DNA of 64,000 nt from Octopus vulgaris (Eukaryota). Positions 1 to 13,819 of the stretch are shown here, piece by piece. The stretch lies in NCBI GenBank assembly GCA_951406725.2, contig OX597816.1, positions 24,366,001 through 24,430,000 of the forward strand. Direction: 5' to 3'. The position numbers were made by a program, and so were the translations under genes. Every line of letters starts with the position of its first letter. The first letter of the stretch is position 1. The notes beneath the pieces are model-generated. The model was not told where the DNA came from. It made no database searches and saw only the letters and a program-made list of their open reading frames with translations.

Positions 1-341
<341 letters not shown>

Positions 342-1171
342 TATTAAGAAAATATACCAAATATATTGCATTCACAAAGAGATATTCTTCGAAATACCCA
401 CAACACACACACACAATCTTTACAACCTCAATATTAGACCTTTTATAGAGAGCAATAAAATTTATTCATTTACGTTTGTTTATAAGTGTTTCTGTGTCTT
501 TTTACGAATGTATTAGACAAAAACGTATTATATAATTATATAATTTATACATAATATATAATTTTAGACAAGAATAAATAAATATATATATATATATAGT
601 TTCTTTTTTGTCTGTTTCTTTTCATTTTTTTTTTCGGTACGATAATGACAGAGTATATACAAGAGGATGTTGTGTTTGTCAATAAAAGTATAAATTGGTA
701 ACAAGAAGAAGTAAAAAAAAAAAAAACCAAAAAAAAAAACAGAAAAAAATAATGAAGAAATTTAACAATGAATTTACATCGTTATATTAACGCTGACTCG
801 GTGCCGTCATATTGCGCCAAAATCGATGCGGTGTCAGGAATGATGGTAAAAATATGTCCCTGGTGTTTCAAATAGCCTGAATGCGAGGTCACGCAAAAAT
901 AACAACAATGATAATAATCATACTATTCATAACAATAAAGATGATGAAAAAGAAGAAAAAAAAATGAAGAAAAGAAAAAAACAACATAAATAACAACAAC
1001 AACAACAACAGCAACAAACACGACTATAACAACAACTAAACCCACAAAAGACTTTGTCACTTTTTACAATTTTTACTCCATTCTTGTACCCATCATTCGT
1101 CAATAAAAAATGCTGTTTTCCGAAATCTATGTGTTTTTTGAGTTATTATTATTATAATTATTATTATTATT

Positions 1172-1345
1172 AACGGACAAAATGCTTAGCGGCATTTCGT
1201 CCGACCTTACATTCTGAGTTCAAATTCCGTCGAGGTCGACTTTGCTTTTCATCTTTTCGGGTTCGATAAATTAAGTACCAGCAGAATATAATCGACATTC
1301 CTCCTCCCAAAAAATATCAGGCTTTGTGCCTAAAGTAGGAAGGAT
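1172..1345 (+). mobile_element. SINE family M (tRNA-like head, central GTCGACTTTGCCTTTCATCCTTTCGGGGTCGATAAATTAAGTACCAG), 5'-truncated
   Basis: Matches the full copy at 4418-4650; flanked by (ATT)n. Confidence 0.8.
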
Positions 1346-1349
1346 TATG

Positions 1350-1382
<33 letters not shown>

Positions 1383-1413
1383 ATTAGTAGTGGTGGTAGT
1401 GGTGATGGTGGAG

Positions 1414-1467
<54 letters not shown>

Positions 1468-1469
1468 TT

Positions 1470-2007
1470 GAGTGAAAGAGTAGCACAATCCATCAGAGTG
1501 ATGCTAGGGTACAAATATACTCATCATGACCACCCATCTTATAAGGGTACACCAGGCACATGCATCACAAACATATGTGCGTGACATGGTGATCGCATAT
1601 CAAGATTAACAGCCTATGACCTTGCAGGTGGGTCCCAGTTAGAATTCTCTTCAGGTCGAGTAGCCCACTCAGCTCGAAAGGTCCTTGAATAAGGGTTGTT
1701 TAATGATGAACGAAACACCCATGTTTCCAGAGATGAAATATCCAAACTCCAAAGAATTCTTCTCAACACATGGTTATGATGCTCCCCTATTACCCCTGCT
1801 CGTGATCAGAGATGTACACATCGTCAGCTACTAAGAAACACGCTCAACTGGTTATGGTCAAACAATTAACAAGCAAATCTGTGGTATTGAGCAGAATATT
1901 TGCCGTAGCCCATCTTTTATACCAAGACAAAACAATGTACATGATAACACTTCCAATCGGTTAAGATCAGAAGCCATGAGAGCCACTGCCTGGTACTGCA
2001 TCAAGGC

Positions 2008-2011
<4 letters not shown>
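1470..2011 (-). mobile_element. ~540-bp non-coding element inserted in (TAA)n/(TAC)n microsatellite, copy 1
   Basis: End-to-end similarity with 41191-41677 and 56298-56837; trinucleotide repeats on both flanks. Confidence 0.85.
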
Positions 2012-2087
<76 letters not shown>

Positions 2088-2088
<1 letters not shown>

Positions 2089-2620
2089 GGCAACAAGCTG
2101 ACAGAATTGATAACACGCCAGAGAAAATGCTTTGCGGGATTTCGCTCGTCTACACGTTCTGGGTTCAAATTCTGCGGACAGCGACTTTGCCTTTCATCCT
2201 ATTCGAGTTGATAAAATAAGTATTATTTGAGCACTGGGGTTGATGCAGTCCCTCTCCACAAATCGCAATCGACTAAATCCCTCCCCCCAAAATGCTGCCC
2301 TTGTGCCAAAATTTGAAACCATGATAACTTAATAACTGCTACTACTACTACTACTACTACTACTTTTGCTGCTGCTGCTGCTACCACTACTACAGAATGT
2401 TGTGCGTGTGAGTTATTGGTGTTATCGGTTATCGCTTATATGAGCCTATAAGTCGGCGAGCTGGCTGAATCGTAGGCACGTCGGACAAAATGCCTACAGC
2501 ATTTCGTCCATTTTTACGTTCTGCGTTAAAATTCTGCACCGAGGCTGACTTTGCCTTTCATCCTTTGAGGGTCGATGAAATAAGTACCAGTTTAGCACTC
2601 TGGCCTATTGTAGAAAGGAT
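2088..2620 (+). mobile_element. Two diverged SINE family M copies (2088-2320, 2453-2620)
   Basis: GAGCTGGC.GAAT head, GTTC..AATTC B-box-like motif, CTTTGCCTTTCATCC core. Confidence 0.75.
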
Positions 2621-2689
2621 TATGTAATCCTATATATTTTAGCGGTCATTTAAGTATGTTGGGGTTATTTTGTGTCATATTGCTTGGTG

Positions 2690-3000
2690 GTGATTCGGTT
2701 GAACATGTGTTGTGTCAGTTTATTGGGTAGTTATAGTATTGAGTATGTTTTGTTACTACAGAGTGAATTATTTTATTTGTATTATTGAATTGAATATGTT
2801 TTGCTCATATATCTGTGGGTGGATTTCGATTGTGTTTCTTCAGTTTTGAATAGATTGAGAGAACGTTGGATTCTGGCAAAATCTAGGATTGAAAAAAATA
2901 TGAGAAATATATAGTATCTTTGTTGAGAATTTAGCAACATTTAAGTTATAAGGAGAAATGTCTCATATGTAGCTTAAGAATTCTCTTATATAATTCATAC
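2690..3000 (-). pseudogene. Degenerate Penelope-like element ORF fragment
   Basis: Minus strand reads KRILKLHMRHFSL*LKCC*ILNKDTIYFSY, resembling the PLE linker motif KFL.LI.KHF...KIFN.NT.K.SY. Confidence 0.45.
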
Positions 3001-3012
3001 CTAATATTTCAT

Positions 3013-3220
3013 GTTAGTTAGTTAGTTAGTTAATTTGGCTCAAAAGCAAATAGCAAGGCCATGTAGGGGGACATGGAGTTAAGTACAGGGTGGTGTTCAT
3101 GTAAAGAGTTCAGGCCACTTGAGGTCAAGGGAGGCTTTGAACAAAGCGGTCGTCGGCATCTTCACCATCTCGTCTGGCAGCTTGTTCCACGGATCCGCAA
3201 CCCGGACGGAGAAAGCTCGT
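3013..3220 (-). mobile_element. CR1-clade LINE 3' end with (CTAA)n tail
   Basis: Minus strand reads RAFSVRVADPWNKLPDEMVKMPTTALFKASLD (CR1 C-terminal FS.RV...WN.LP motif), then a short UTR and tetranucleotide tail. Confidence 0.75.
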
Positions 3221-3249
3221 TATTAACGAGGAATTATACCATGTAGTTG

Positions 3250-3572
3250 AGGGCGCGTGGCTTAGTGGTTAGGGCATTTGGTTCATGATCGTAAGATCGT
3301 GAGTTCGATTCCAAGCGACGCGTTGTGTCCTTGAGCAAGACACTTTATTTCATGTTGCTCCAGTCCACTCAGCCAGCAAAAAATGAGTAGTACCTGTATT
3401 TCAAAAGGGCCAGCCTTGTCACATTCTGTGTCACGCTGAATCTCCTTGCGAACTACGTTAAGGGTACACGTGTCTGTGGAGTGCTCAGCCATTTGCACGT
3501 TAATTTCACGAGCAAGCTGTTCCGTTGGTCGTATCACCTGGGACCTTCGTCGTCGTAACCGACGGAGTGCTC
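3250..3572 (+). mobile_element. tRNA-derived SINE family R (head H1 + CORE-like segment + tail T1)
   Basis: A-box TGGCTTAGTGG, B-box GTTCGATTCC, TGTCCTTGAGCAAGACACTT; reverse copy at 39277-39588. Confidence 0.85.
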
Positions 3573-3796
3573 TCATACAATTTTCTTGGGCTATGAATAA
3601 TATTATGAGCCCAGGCTTAACTTCTATGTTTGTGACCATCGGTTTTATTCTATCCAGTACTCTAATTATCAACGCTACTGTGTAACTTTCATGCCTACAT
3701 CCTACATATTGTAAGTATAAAACCTTTGTAGATAGAAGGGGGAAAATGTCAATTGGCATAGTACTAGTTTTAGTTCTAGGCTCTGGCTATTATATC

Positions 3797-4144
3797 TAAA
3801 GGGAGAGTTCACGAAAAAAAAACAACAGACAAAGACAGGTGGTGTAGAAAACAAATAGATGCATTAGTATAACGCTCATGAATCGAAAAAGTATTTTACA
3901 TTTCGAGCCTACGCTCTTCTACAGAGAGAGACACAGAAAAAAAACAAGGAGAGAAAGACGGAGAGAAAAAAATGTGTGTAGTGGCTACCGATCTATCATG
4001 TATTCTGTGTTCCTTTCTGTGGAAGAGCGTAGGCTCGAAACGTAAAATACTTTTTCAGTTCCTGAGCGTTATACTAATACGTCTGTTTGTTTTCTATACC
4101 ACCTGTCTTCGTCCGTTTTTTTTTTTGTGAATTCTCCCTATATA
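3797..4144. mobile_element. Head-to-head inverted pair of PLE-terminus-like repeat family P1, each with a hammerhead motif
   Basis: 3797-3999(-) and 4000-4144(+) are reverse complements; the same family occurs at 38818-39012 and 58195-58385. Confidence 0.75.
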
Positions 4145-4417
4145 TCACACGCTCACGTGGTCGCACCAGTTGATCCTGTCATTTCTTATCACACACGAAC
4201 TTCTCCACTGGACTTTCTACCTATCTACCCTTTACGGATTCTCTTTTTGACATTTACATTCCGGCTGCACCTCTCCTACCTATGGATCACTGTGGACTCT
4301 ACTATTATATCTAAACCAGTTATCTTGGTCTTATAAGCCTAGACTGTCACATTCCAGGAATTGTGGACAGATCGCTGTCATATAGCATTTTTCATATATG
4401 CTTATACTGCTCCTGAT

Positions 4418-4650
4418 AAGGCGGCGAGCTGGCAGAAACGTTAGCACGCCAGGCGAAATGCGTAGCCGTATTATGTCTGCCGTTACGTTCTGAGTTCAAA
4501 TTCCGCCGAGGTCGACTTTGCCTTTCATCCTTTCGGGGTCGATAAATTAAGTACCAGTTACGCACTGGGGTCAATGTAATCGACTTAATCCGTTTGTCTG
4601 TCCTTGTTTGTCCCCTCTGTGTTTAGCCCCTTGTGGGTAGTAAAGAAATA
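4418..4650 (+). mobile_element. Full-length SINE family M with 15-bp TSD
   Basis: TATACTGCTCCTGAT directly flanks both sides (4403-4417, 4651-4665). Confidence 0.9.
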
Positions 4651-7082
4651 TATACTGCTCCTGATCCTTGTTCATGTCGAAGTTTGGATATGTAATCCGC
4701 TGAAAATGGCTGCGAACTCGATCATGACAATGAAGCATGGTTATGACTGGACAACCGGAAATGATGTCGTTAAACATCTCACTGGTACTGGCTGCATAAT
4801 TTACACTTGATGTTACTATTATTATTCCTTATGTCATGTTTATAATCGTTTGTCTTTAGGCATCGGAGTCTTAACCTGTGTTTCTGTTTTTATCCTAGAT
4901 CTTTTAAGCCATTATTGACTCTCTCAATGGCTTGTTTTCCATCTATGGAATCTTGCAGACTGCTTTTCCCCTTCAATTTTTCATTATATATATTTTTAAA
5001 TTTCGATTTGATCTTGACTGATTTTACGCTATTTTGTTATTTTGTCATTATCTAAATATTTTTCTAAAATACCGTTAGTTTCTAAGGTTTCCTTATATGA
5101 AGAAATTTTACTTTTTTAACCCCTTTTTACCGCAATCAATTTCCCTTTTCTTGCAGCAAAGTATTTTTCTAGTCCTACTGTTGTTATTTTGTAGAACCTC
5201 TCTATTTGCATCAGGTCGCCCCAAACTCACCATTTGTTGTTTAGGCTGGTGACTTCGGAAAACTAGTTTCCTTATCTATTTTTTTTTTTTGTTTCACATT
5301 AGCTCTTTGACTCATCTGATTTTCAATTTATTATACTGAAGCTATAGTTTATACTGAGAATGACTATCATATTTATACTGATCATCTTATTTCTAGCGTT
5401 GAGCTGGCAGAATTGTTAGTCCAGTGGGAAAAATGCTTGGCGCAATTTTGTCCGTCTTTACATTTTGAGTTCAAATTCTGCCGCGGTCGGCTTATCCTTT
5501 CATTCTTTCGGGGTCAGTAAAATAAGTACCACTAGAGATATTGTTTTTCAGTTAATCAACCCTGAGTTACTAAGGTTTGTTTTCCTTATTTTGTAGTTTT
5601 CTATAATTGTCAGGGTCACAACAGCTACTCTATACAGCTGTAGTATTTTACAACCATACACCCTTTTTGCTCCTCAGGTGGCACTGCTTTCATTGGAAAG
5701 CAACCATCTCGTTCTACAATATGGATCTAAGGGCTCTGGCAAATATGTTATACTCTTTTAGGAGTCCCTAGTATTTTTGTTTTGGAGACTTAACATTATT
5801 TCCTCTCCGACATCCGAACAAGTATTGATTTTCGTTTGTTTCCAGTTCATTGAATGCTACCACGTGTGTATTTATGCGTGTGTATTGGGTATTGGCCAAG
5901 TGATTCAGTTGGAAATTGGGGATTCTTCTTGTTGGTTGCAGTTCTTAATATTTTGGTACGTTTCTTATCGATTAGTTCTCTTATGATTCCTTGCTGTTGG
6001 GTAGAATCTTTTGTTAATATACCTGCATGGGTTTGTGGGCAGACTTATGTTTCTTTCCGTTTTGAAAAAACATAAATCCACCCAGAAGTTTTTTTCGTTT
6101 TGACAAAGCAGAGGAGGTAAAATTCTGGTGAAAATTACGACTAGAAGAAAAGATTTAAATAGAATTTTTATTGAAAATTTACTTATATTTATAATATAAG
6201 GAGAGAGGAGAGTTCTTGAGAAAAAAACTTCATTTCGCGTTGCATCAGTCCACTCGTCTGGTAAAAATAACTAACTCTGCGATGGACCTGCGTCACGTCC
6301 TGGAAGGAATATATACACCAGAGAAACCGGGAAACCGGCTCTATGCTCCTTATGGAGTAGTGTAGAATAACCAAGGAGGGTGTGCATCGTAAATAATTTT
6401 AAAATTCTCTAGTTACTGGGGACATAATCGTGGTATTCAATGGAAGATTATACCATGTAACATTTCTGTTTTTATTTTTAATTCAATGTGTAGATGTAGG
6501 TGTGTATTCTGTGTGTGATGTCTTTGAACCCGTTTCTATAGACGGCTTCATTGCAATATTAAGAGAAGCTTGCGAAGAATTGCTTGTCGAAAGAAAACTG
6601 AGACAGTCTAAGAGATGCTTTTGATTATTTTTTTAGGAATTCCATCGTGTAGTTGAAGAGATCGCCTATGTAATTTAACGATTCAAATATAAATGTGGTG
6701 AGAGAAATATAAAGAACTGCTAAGTCTAAGGTGATGTTGAGGGGTTAGCTCAAGAAAAGTTAGTGTCTAACAGGTGTCTAACTAGGTTATTCTTAACTGA
6801 TCTGTAGCTGTGGTTTGTAAATATTAAAGGTTAATAATCCAATCCAATCTCTCGATAAAAACTGCCCTCGGCTTCGGAAGAAGCTTGTTTTTCAGGTTGT
6901 GTGTTCTCTGACTTCTCGACATACTTTTCTTAATGAAAGCAAATCAGAATTAATTTTCTCTATAAAACAATTAAATATGTGAATAATGGCCATAATGAAG
7001 CCGTCAAAACTTAGTAAACATCGAAACCAGCTATATTTATATAACAGTCTTTCTGTGTTTCTCATTCTCTCACTCTCTCCCG

Positions 7083-7142
<60 letters not shown>

Positions 7143-7898
7143 ATCCATCCCTGCCTATACATAGATAAGTATGTGTGTCTACTCATGTCAAGTTATATAT
7201 AAAAGCAATCTAACATGAAAATGAAGAATTACTCGATACTTTTCAGTGGAATGTGTGTGTGTGAGAGAGAGAGAGAGAGAGGAGGAGAGAAAGTAGAAAG
7301 AGGGAGCAGAAAAAGAGAGAGAGAGACAGCTATCGGTAGAGAACGAACAGAGATAGAAAATTTATAAATGGCAATAAGAAAAGCGAAAATAAAATCGCTA
7401 TAAACAAAGCGACACCATATAATTCTAAACGTGAGTGAATGACGACAGAAACCATTAGAAGAAACTTGGCAACTAGACGCGATGGCTCTAAAATAAGATT
7501 GTTACACTATTTTATTTCTTGTGTTCTTTATCGAAAATGACCAGAAGATAAGATCAGCGAAGCTTAAGAATATTTCTTACAATACTAGAGTATTCTATTT
7601 TGAATTACTTAGTTTAGATAATCCGATAAAATTTAACAATGTTCTTAGTGTAAAAAAAAGAAATTGTAACATGATTGAATATCGATACCAAACTTTTAAT
7701 GTCTTAGAAGTTAGTATGGCTCAAATTGAAACACGTCAGAGTAATTCTTTGCAAGACAAGCGCCGAGCGGATTAATATGTCAGAGAAGAAACAAAAAATA
7801 TGAAAATAATATAAAAACATACACACATGTATATATGTGTGAATCTGAATGCGTATTCATGTATATGTATTATATGTCTATATATATATTTGTGCATC

Positions 7899-8004
<106 letters not shown>

Positions 8005-8167
8005 GCGCGCGTGTGTATGCGTGTGTTTTGTTTTATAGCCGAGACACAATGCTCGAATTTAATCTTTCGTTTCGACTTTTTAACGGTTTTTCATATTTCT
8101 TTTTCTATTTTCTTTTGAACAACAACACTTCCATTAATGTCTCAAGATCTTCTCGGCCTCAACGTCT

Positions 8168-8210
8168 GGCACTGATGAAAGAGCAATAACTCTTGAAACG
8201 TGCATATACA
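8168..8210 (+). ncRNA. Decayed minimal hammerhead-ribozyme motif
   Basis: GCA-CTGATGA-AAGAG(CAATAA)CTCTT-GAAA-CGTGCA-TA-TAC: perfect core and stem II, imperfect stems I and III. Confidence 0.45.
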
Positions 8211-8536
8211 CTCATTACTTATTTATTCTTTCTTCCATCGCATTCATTACATTGACCTGTTCATATACGAAACGTCATAACTTTGAATGCTAACCCTGAA
8301 CTCTACAGAAAATCTGTAGAATTAAACTAAAAAATGAACTTCTGAAAAGAGTATTGACAGAGACGTGTTGTTGCCACGCGTTTTTTTTTTTTAATAAGAA
8401 TTATGTAAGCTTTATTAATCAAAATTCAGCGCACAGATATAGCAAACCTAAATAAATTATGAAAGTGACCAAATTATTTTTAATCCAGCCATGCTGTTTT
8501 TATTAGTTACAACATTATTCCCTTAATCGCTCGCCA

Positions 8537-8874
8537 GCAGATTTAGAAAATAATTTTTTTGTAACTAAACGCTTTCAAACTTCGGACACTGGTAGAATGT
8601 GTCATAGAAAATATCTTTTACTCTTAGCGTTTCTGAGAAAACTTTATATTTACGAAGTTGTTGTTGACAAACAACAGAAGAAATTTTATTCAGCTGAATA
8701 CACGTCATTGATTGGTTGAAATTACCGAAATACGACAACTTTAACACGAAATAACTTCGTAAATATTAAGTTTTCTCAAAACTGCTAAGAGTAAAAGATG
8801 TTTTATGTGATACATTCTACCAGTGTCCGAAGTTTGAAAGTGTTTAGTTACAAAAAATTATTTTCTAAATCTGC
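8537..8874. mobile_element. Palindromic MITE / foldback with ~125-bp imperfect inverted arms
   Basis: GCAGATTTAGAAAATAATTTTTT...TTCAAACTTCGGACACTGGTAGAATG is mirrored by CATTCTACCAGTGTCCGAAGTTTGAAAG...TTTTCTAAATCTGC. Confidence 0.75.
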
Positions 8875-9459
8875 CCTTTCTTCAAAATGCTGTTACAATG
8901 CATCACTATCATTTTTATTTCATTTAGAAATTTAAGTCCTCAAACATTAATGAACTTTACAATATAGTTTCAAAGAAAATACTTAACAAGTAAATTAATA
9001 AGTAAATTATTAATAATATGAAACTTGCTTTAATAAAGATGATCAAAATCGAAAACAAATACATTTTCAATATAAAGTGTAGCAATATGCTTACGAATTT
9101 CACTTCGCAACTTCATAGTTTCTGGTTGAGTCCCACCGTACGACACCTTGGGCAAATGTCTTTTAGTATAGCTCTAGGCTGATTCGAACAAATCAACCTA
9201 GAGACGAAGATGCTATTTTAGAGTTGGCCTTTGTTGTAGCCTAAAACAAGATGAGGACAAATATCCGTCAAATGTAAATAACGTAAATAATGTACACAAT
9301 TCCTCATCTCTTAAATATAAAACAGTTTTATTCTTGCTCGGCTTAATTCTATATAGGTGACACTTCTCGTAATTTTCCTATCCATAGAATAAATTAAGAC
9401 TATTTACAACTAAATGTCACCCCTTTTTCCCAATTTGATCAAATATTTATTAAGAAAAA

Positions 9460-9700
9460 GGCGTATGAGTTGCTGTGTGGTAAGTAGCTTGCTTACGAAC
9501 CACACGGTTCCGGGTTCAGTCCCACTGCGTGGCACCTTGGGCAAGTGCATCGGGCCGACCAAAGTCTTGTGAGTGGATTTGGTAGACAGAAACTGAAAGA
9601 AGCTTGTCATATATATATATGTATATCTATATATGTATGTGCGTGTGTATACGTTTATGTGCCTGTGTTTGTCGCCCCAACATCGCTTGACAACCGATAT
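9460..9700 (+). mobile_element. SINE family C (CORE-like, internal microsatellite), 3'-truncated
   Basis: Matches the full copy at 45691-46108. Confidence 0.8.
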
Positions 9701-10483
9701 TTATAAAGAAAAAGGTTAAACGATTTTTATGATGCTATTATGTAGCGCTCAGTCTCCTCTTACTGAGCACAACTGGTATTGGTAAGATACAGTGGCGAAC
9801 AACGTCATGCTATTGTCTATATGCAAACGATAAATCCCTGATGTTTTCTTCGCGACATTCTACAACGTAATATTGAAGGTCACATATGCTTTATATTCCT
9901 CAAAATAATTTTACTTCAAACTGGGCCTGACAGCATCATATCATCATATCATCATATTCCTTTCAACAATGACAAGAGATACAACACATTTCAAGCTGAT
10001 AAATGTCGAATCCAGTTAGCAAGGTTAGCCTTTGATGTGACTAATGCCGTAAGCACTTTTCTGTGAGTGATCGATGGTATAATTACCAACAATGATATCA
10101 AAGGAATTTACGCCTATCTTGGCAATGTTATTGTCTTTGAGGAAACTACTGAGGAACACGATGGGAACTTGGCTCAATTTATTTCAGTTAATAACTGTCT
10201 TCACATTACATTGAACAATGAAAAATGCTTTCTTCTTCAAACATACATTTGTTACCTGGGATACGAAATAGATTATTCTCCGCAACTTGATCCAGAGAGA
10301 TTGAAATTCATCGTTGATTATCAAATGCCTAGCAATCCTAAACATCTACTAGGGTTGCTAATGTTACTGCTCTAAATGAGTGTCTACTTTCTCGAAATTA
10401 ATTTAGACCCTAATAAATCTTTTTTTACCAGTACAAACAAAATCGTATAGATACAGCCCATGTGCTTCAAGCTTCAATAGTTG

Positions 10484-10780
10484 GTGGAGGCACATGGCCT
10501 AGTGGTTAGAGCAGCAGATTCGCGGTCGAGGGATCGCGGGTTCGAATCTCAGACCGGGCGATGTGTGTGTTTATGCGCGAAACACCTAAGCTCCACGCGG
10601 CTCCGGCAGAAGGTAATAGTGAACTTCTGCTGACTCTTTCGCCACAACTTTCTCTCACTCTTTCCTCCTGCATCTTTCAGCTCACCTGCGACGGACTGGC
10701 GTCCCGTCCAGGTAGGGAACCTATACGCCAAGGAAAGCGGGAAACCGGCCCTTATGAGCCAGGCATGGCTCGAGAAGGAA
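10484..10780 (+). mobile_element. SINE family R (head H3 + tail T2) with 15-bp TSD
   Basis: tRNA-like TGGCCTAGTGGTTAGAGC...GGTTCGAATC; CAAGCTTCAATAGTT duplicated at 10468 and 10781. Confidence 0.9.
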
Positions 10781-11413
10781 CAAGCTTCAATAGTTAATAC
10801 CTCTCTACCTCAGCTTAAGTTTCACAGCTGATGACATTGATGTTCTGGAACTCCAATTTCGGGCGCCCCTTCCACAATCTCATCAACCTGTTGCGTTCTT
10901 CTCCAGAACTCTTTCATGTTCCAAACGTAATCTCCCACCAAATGAAAAAGGGGCTATGGCTATCATAGAATGTGTTGCTAAATGACAAAGTGTTTTTACT
11001 TCGAAGCTATTTTACTCTATACACCGATTAACAAGTAATCTCGTTCATATTTAGTTACAAAAACAGAAAAAAACGAACAAGATTATTGTTTACACATAGA
11101 ATTATCGGTCTACAATTATGATATTCGACACATTCCTTCCAAAGATAGCATATATTTTGTTTGTACTGGTAAAATAAGATAGTCTATTGCTTTAATTAGA
11201 TTTTCCTCTGTAACATCAACTCCTAGAATTTCAAATTTACATCAATCTTTTGTATTATCCTGTGGTGATTCAATTATCACATTATGTTAGATCCAAAAAC
11301 TTGACATTTTCATTGAAAATATGTTTAATATATAAAAAAACTTGTATCGAATGCATCGCATACTTGGAATTGAAATCAGGATTCTACCGTTTTCCTCGAG
11401 TCTATATATATAT

Positions 11414-11645
11414 ATTTCTTTACTTCCCACAAGGGGCTAATCACAGAGGGTATAAACAAGGACAGACAAACGGATTAAATCGATTACATCGACCCCAGTG
11501 CGTAACTGGTACTTAATTTATCGACCCCAAAAGGATGAAAGGCAAAGTCGACCTCGGCGGAATTTGAACTCAGAACGTAACGGCAGACGAAATACGGCTT
11601 CGCATTTCGCCTGGCGTGCTAACGTTTCTGCCAGTTCGCCGCCTT
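11414..11645 (-). mobile_element. Full-length SINE family M with TSD-like flanks
   Basis: Reverse complement of 4418-4650; TCCTCGAGT(C/T)TATATA on both flanks. Further partial copies at 11915-12228. Confidence 0.85.
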
Positions 11646-12494
11646 CCTCGAGTTTATATAGCAGTTTAAATGTCTCGGAGTCGACATCAAAGGTTCCATA
11701 CGGTCATCTAATTCTTACGATGACTTTTTTGTAATTATAGAGAAGTAATAAATACCCCACTTTGCGTCTGTGTTCAGATAAATCAGCTCCCATAACAATT
11801 CGCTATCTTCAAAATGTATTCTTCATGTCGGATGCTACAGTTTCAATCCACTTAGAGTGAGGGCCCCAATTTATATCACGAGATTTTAATACTGTTTCTC
11901 CACATAACAATGGTTTCAGATTTCGGCACCAGGATGGAATAAGTTGATTATATCAATCCCAGTTCTTCACAGATAGTTATTTAATCAACCCCGAAAGGAT
12001 AAAAGGCAAAGTCGACCTTGGCGAAATTTGAACTCAGAATGTAATGAGTCAGACGAAATACTACTAACGATTGTCAGCTCGCCTTTTTGGATAACAATAA
12101 TATTCTTTTCTACTCTAGGCACAAGGCCCGAGATTTTTGGAGAGAGGGGGCAGTCAATTAGATCGACCCCAGTACACAACTGGTACTTAATTTATCGACC
12201 CCGAAAGGATGAAAGGCAAAGTCGACCCAGGTTGAATGGATAACATTAATATTATTCAAACTATAACACTAGAATGGTAAATTCTAGTGGTGGACAGTCA
12301 AACAGAACGTCTTGATAGAACTCTGTGGAGAAGAATAACATTTTTACTTCGTTCGAGGAAGCAGTCAAATAAACATTCCAGTAATGTTTTAGAATGGCTT
12401 TCTGCGATTTCTCTCCTCGTTTTCACTGATTGATCAGGCACCGCATGAAAGACTAGCTTTCAGCGTCGTTCGACACCACAGTTATTACTTGCAG

Positions 12495-12672
12495 ACGTAG
12501 GAGTGTCTGCGTGGTAAGTAGCTTGCTTACCAACCACATGGTTCCGGGTTCAGTCCCTCTGCGTGGCACCTTGGGCAAGTGTCTTCTAATATTGCCTCAG
12601 GCCGACCAAAGCCTTGTGAGTGTATTTGGTAGACGGAAACTGAAAGAAGCCCGTCGTATATATGTATATATG

Positions 12673-12732
<60 letters not shown>

Positions 12733-12942
12733 CGCCCGTATGTTTGTATGTCTGTGTTTGTCCCACCAACATCGCTTGACAACTGATGCTGGTGTGTTTA
12801 CATCCCCGTAACTTAGCGGCCCGGCAAAAGAATCCGATAGAAAAAGTACTAGGCTTACAAAGAATAATTCCTGGGGTCGATTTTCTCGACTATAAAAGCG
12901 GTGCTCCAGCATGGCCACAGTCAAATGACTCAAACAAGTAAA
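12495..12942 (+). mobile_element. Full-length SINE family C
   Basis: tRNA-like head, CACCTTGGGCAAGTGTCTT CORE-like segment, internal (TA)(TG)n, tail GCGGTGCTCCAGCATGGCC. Confidence 0.85.
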
Positions 12943-13565
12943 AAGTGTATGTCTCTTGAAACTGGAGAAGTTCAACTTGGATAGTTTAATCCTAATAATC
13001 CTTTCTAATTTTAGCCAGGGCCACCAATTTTGAGGGGAGGGGATGAGAATTCCGTATGAGATTACTGCGATGTTGATTTGTTAAAATCAAAATCCAGAAT
13101 CCAGCGTAACCAAACTTTATCTCTACTGATTGATATTCGACCACTGATTGATTGCTACAGAAACATGCTGACAAAAGTTTAACAAGCGTGTGAGCAGATG
13201 TCCAGCATTGATGTGATGATTATTAAAGAGGAAATCACGGTTCCATCACTTGAAGTTTCCCTTTGATTAACAAGGATCTGAAAAGTACCAAAACGACTAA
13301 AATTTTAAAGTAATTATAAATGCTTCGAAATCACTATTGCTCTTCGTGGTTCATGTGCTTTATTGTATACTTTAGTTGAATGCTAGTAGCCAGCCATTTG
13401 TGGTAAATATAGACAAGTTATCCTTCTGCTTCGACTACTGAAGTTGATTTTTTTTTTAGCGGAATAAAACGACTTAATTCTCACAACTATTTTTCGTCAC
13501 ATATATGTATATATGTTTGTCAGTCCATCATACTGTTTGCCTGTCTTTCTGTATATTTGAATATA

Positions 13566-13640
<75 letters not shown>

Positions 13641-13779
13641 TAATCTCTGAGCGAGCTACAGTAGCATCCACCCTTAATGGTTAGCCACATTTAAGTGGCA
13701 AATATACTTCACGATATATAAATACATGCGTGTTTTGGGCTAAGATCAAAGTGTAGTATAAACATATACACGCAGGTAC

Positions 13780-13815
<36 letters not shown>

Positions 13816-13819
13816 ATAT

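Larger units (their letters stand above)
9830..11890 (+). pseudogene. Heavily decayed Ty3/Gypsy pol (RT, RNase H, possible integrase), interrupted by two SINEs
   Basis: ORF 10067-10375 GNVIVF..EEHD.NL...LNNEKC....YLGYEI..DPER; downstream QPVAFFSRTL..NEKGAMAII RNase H motif near 10885-10975. Confidence 0.7.

Noticed and set aside
4670-6960. Possible old minus-strand retroelement ORF
   Set aside because: Strand-biased composition is suggestive, but I could not read convincing motifs.
10484-10560. tRNA gene-like sequences (also 3250, 22663, 46620, 59246)
   Set aside because: They are SINE heads: they continue into SINE bodies, several have TSDs, and they lack a proper acceptor stem and terminator.
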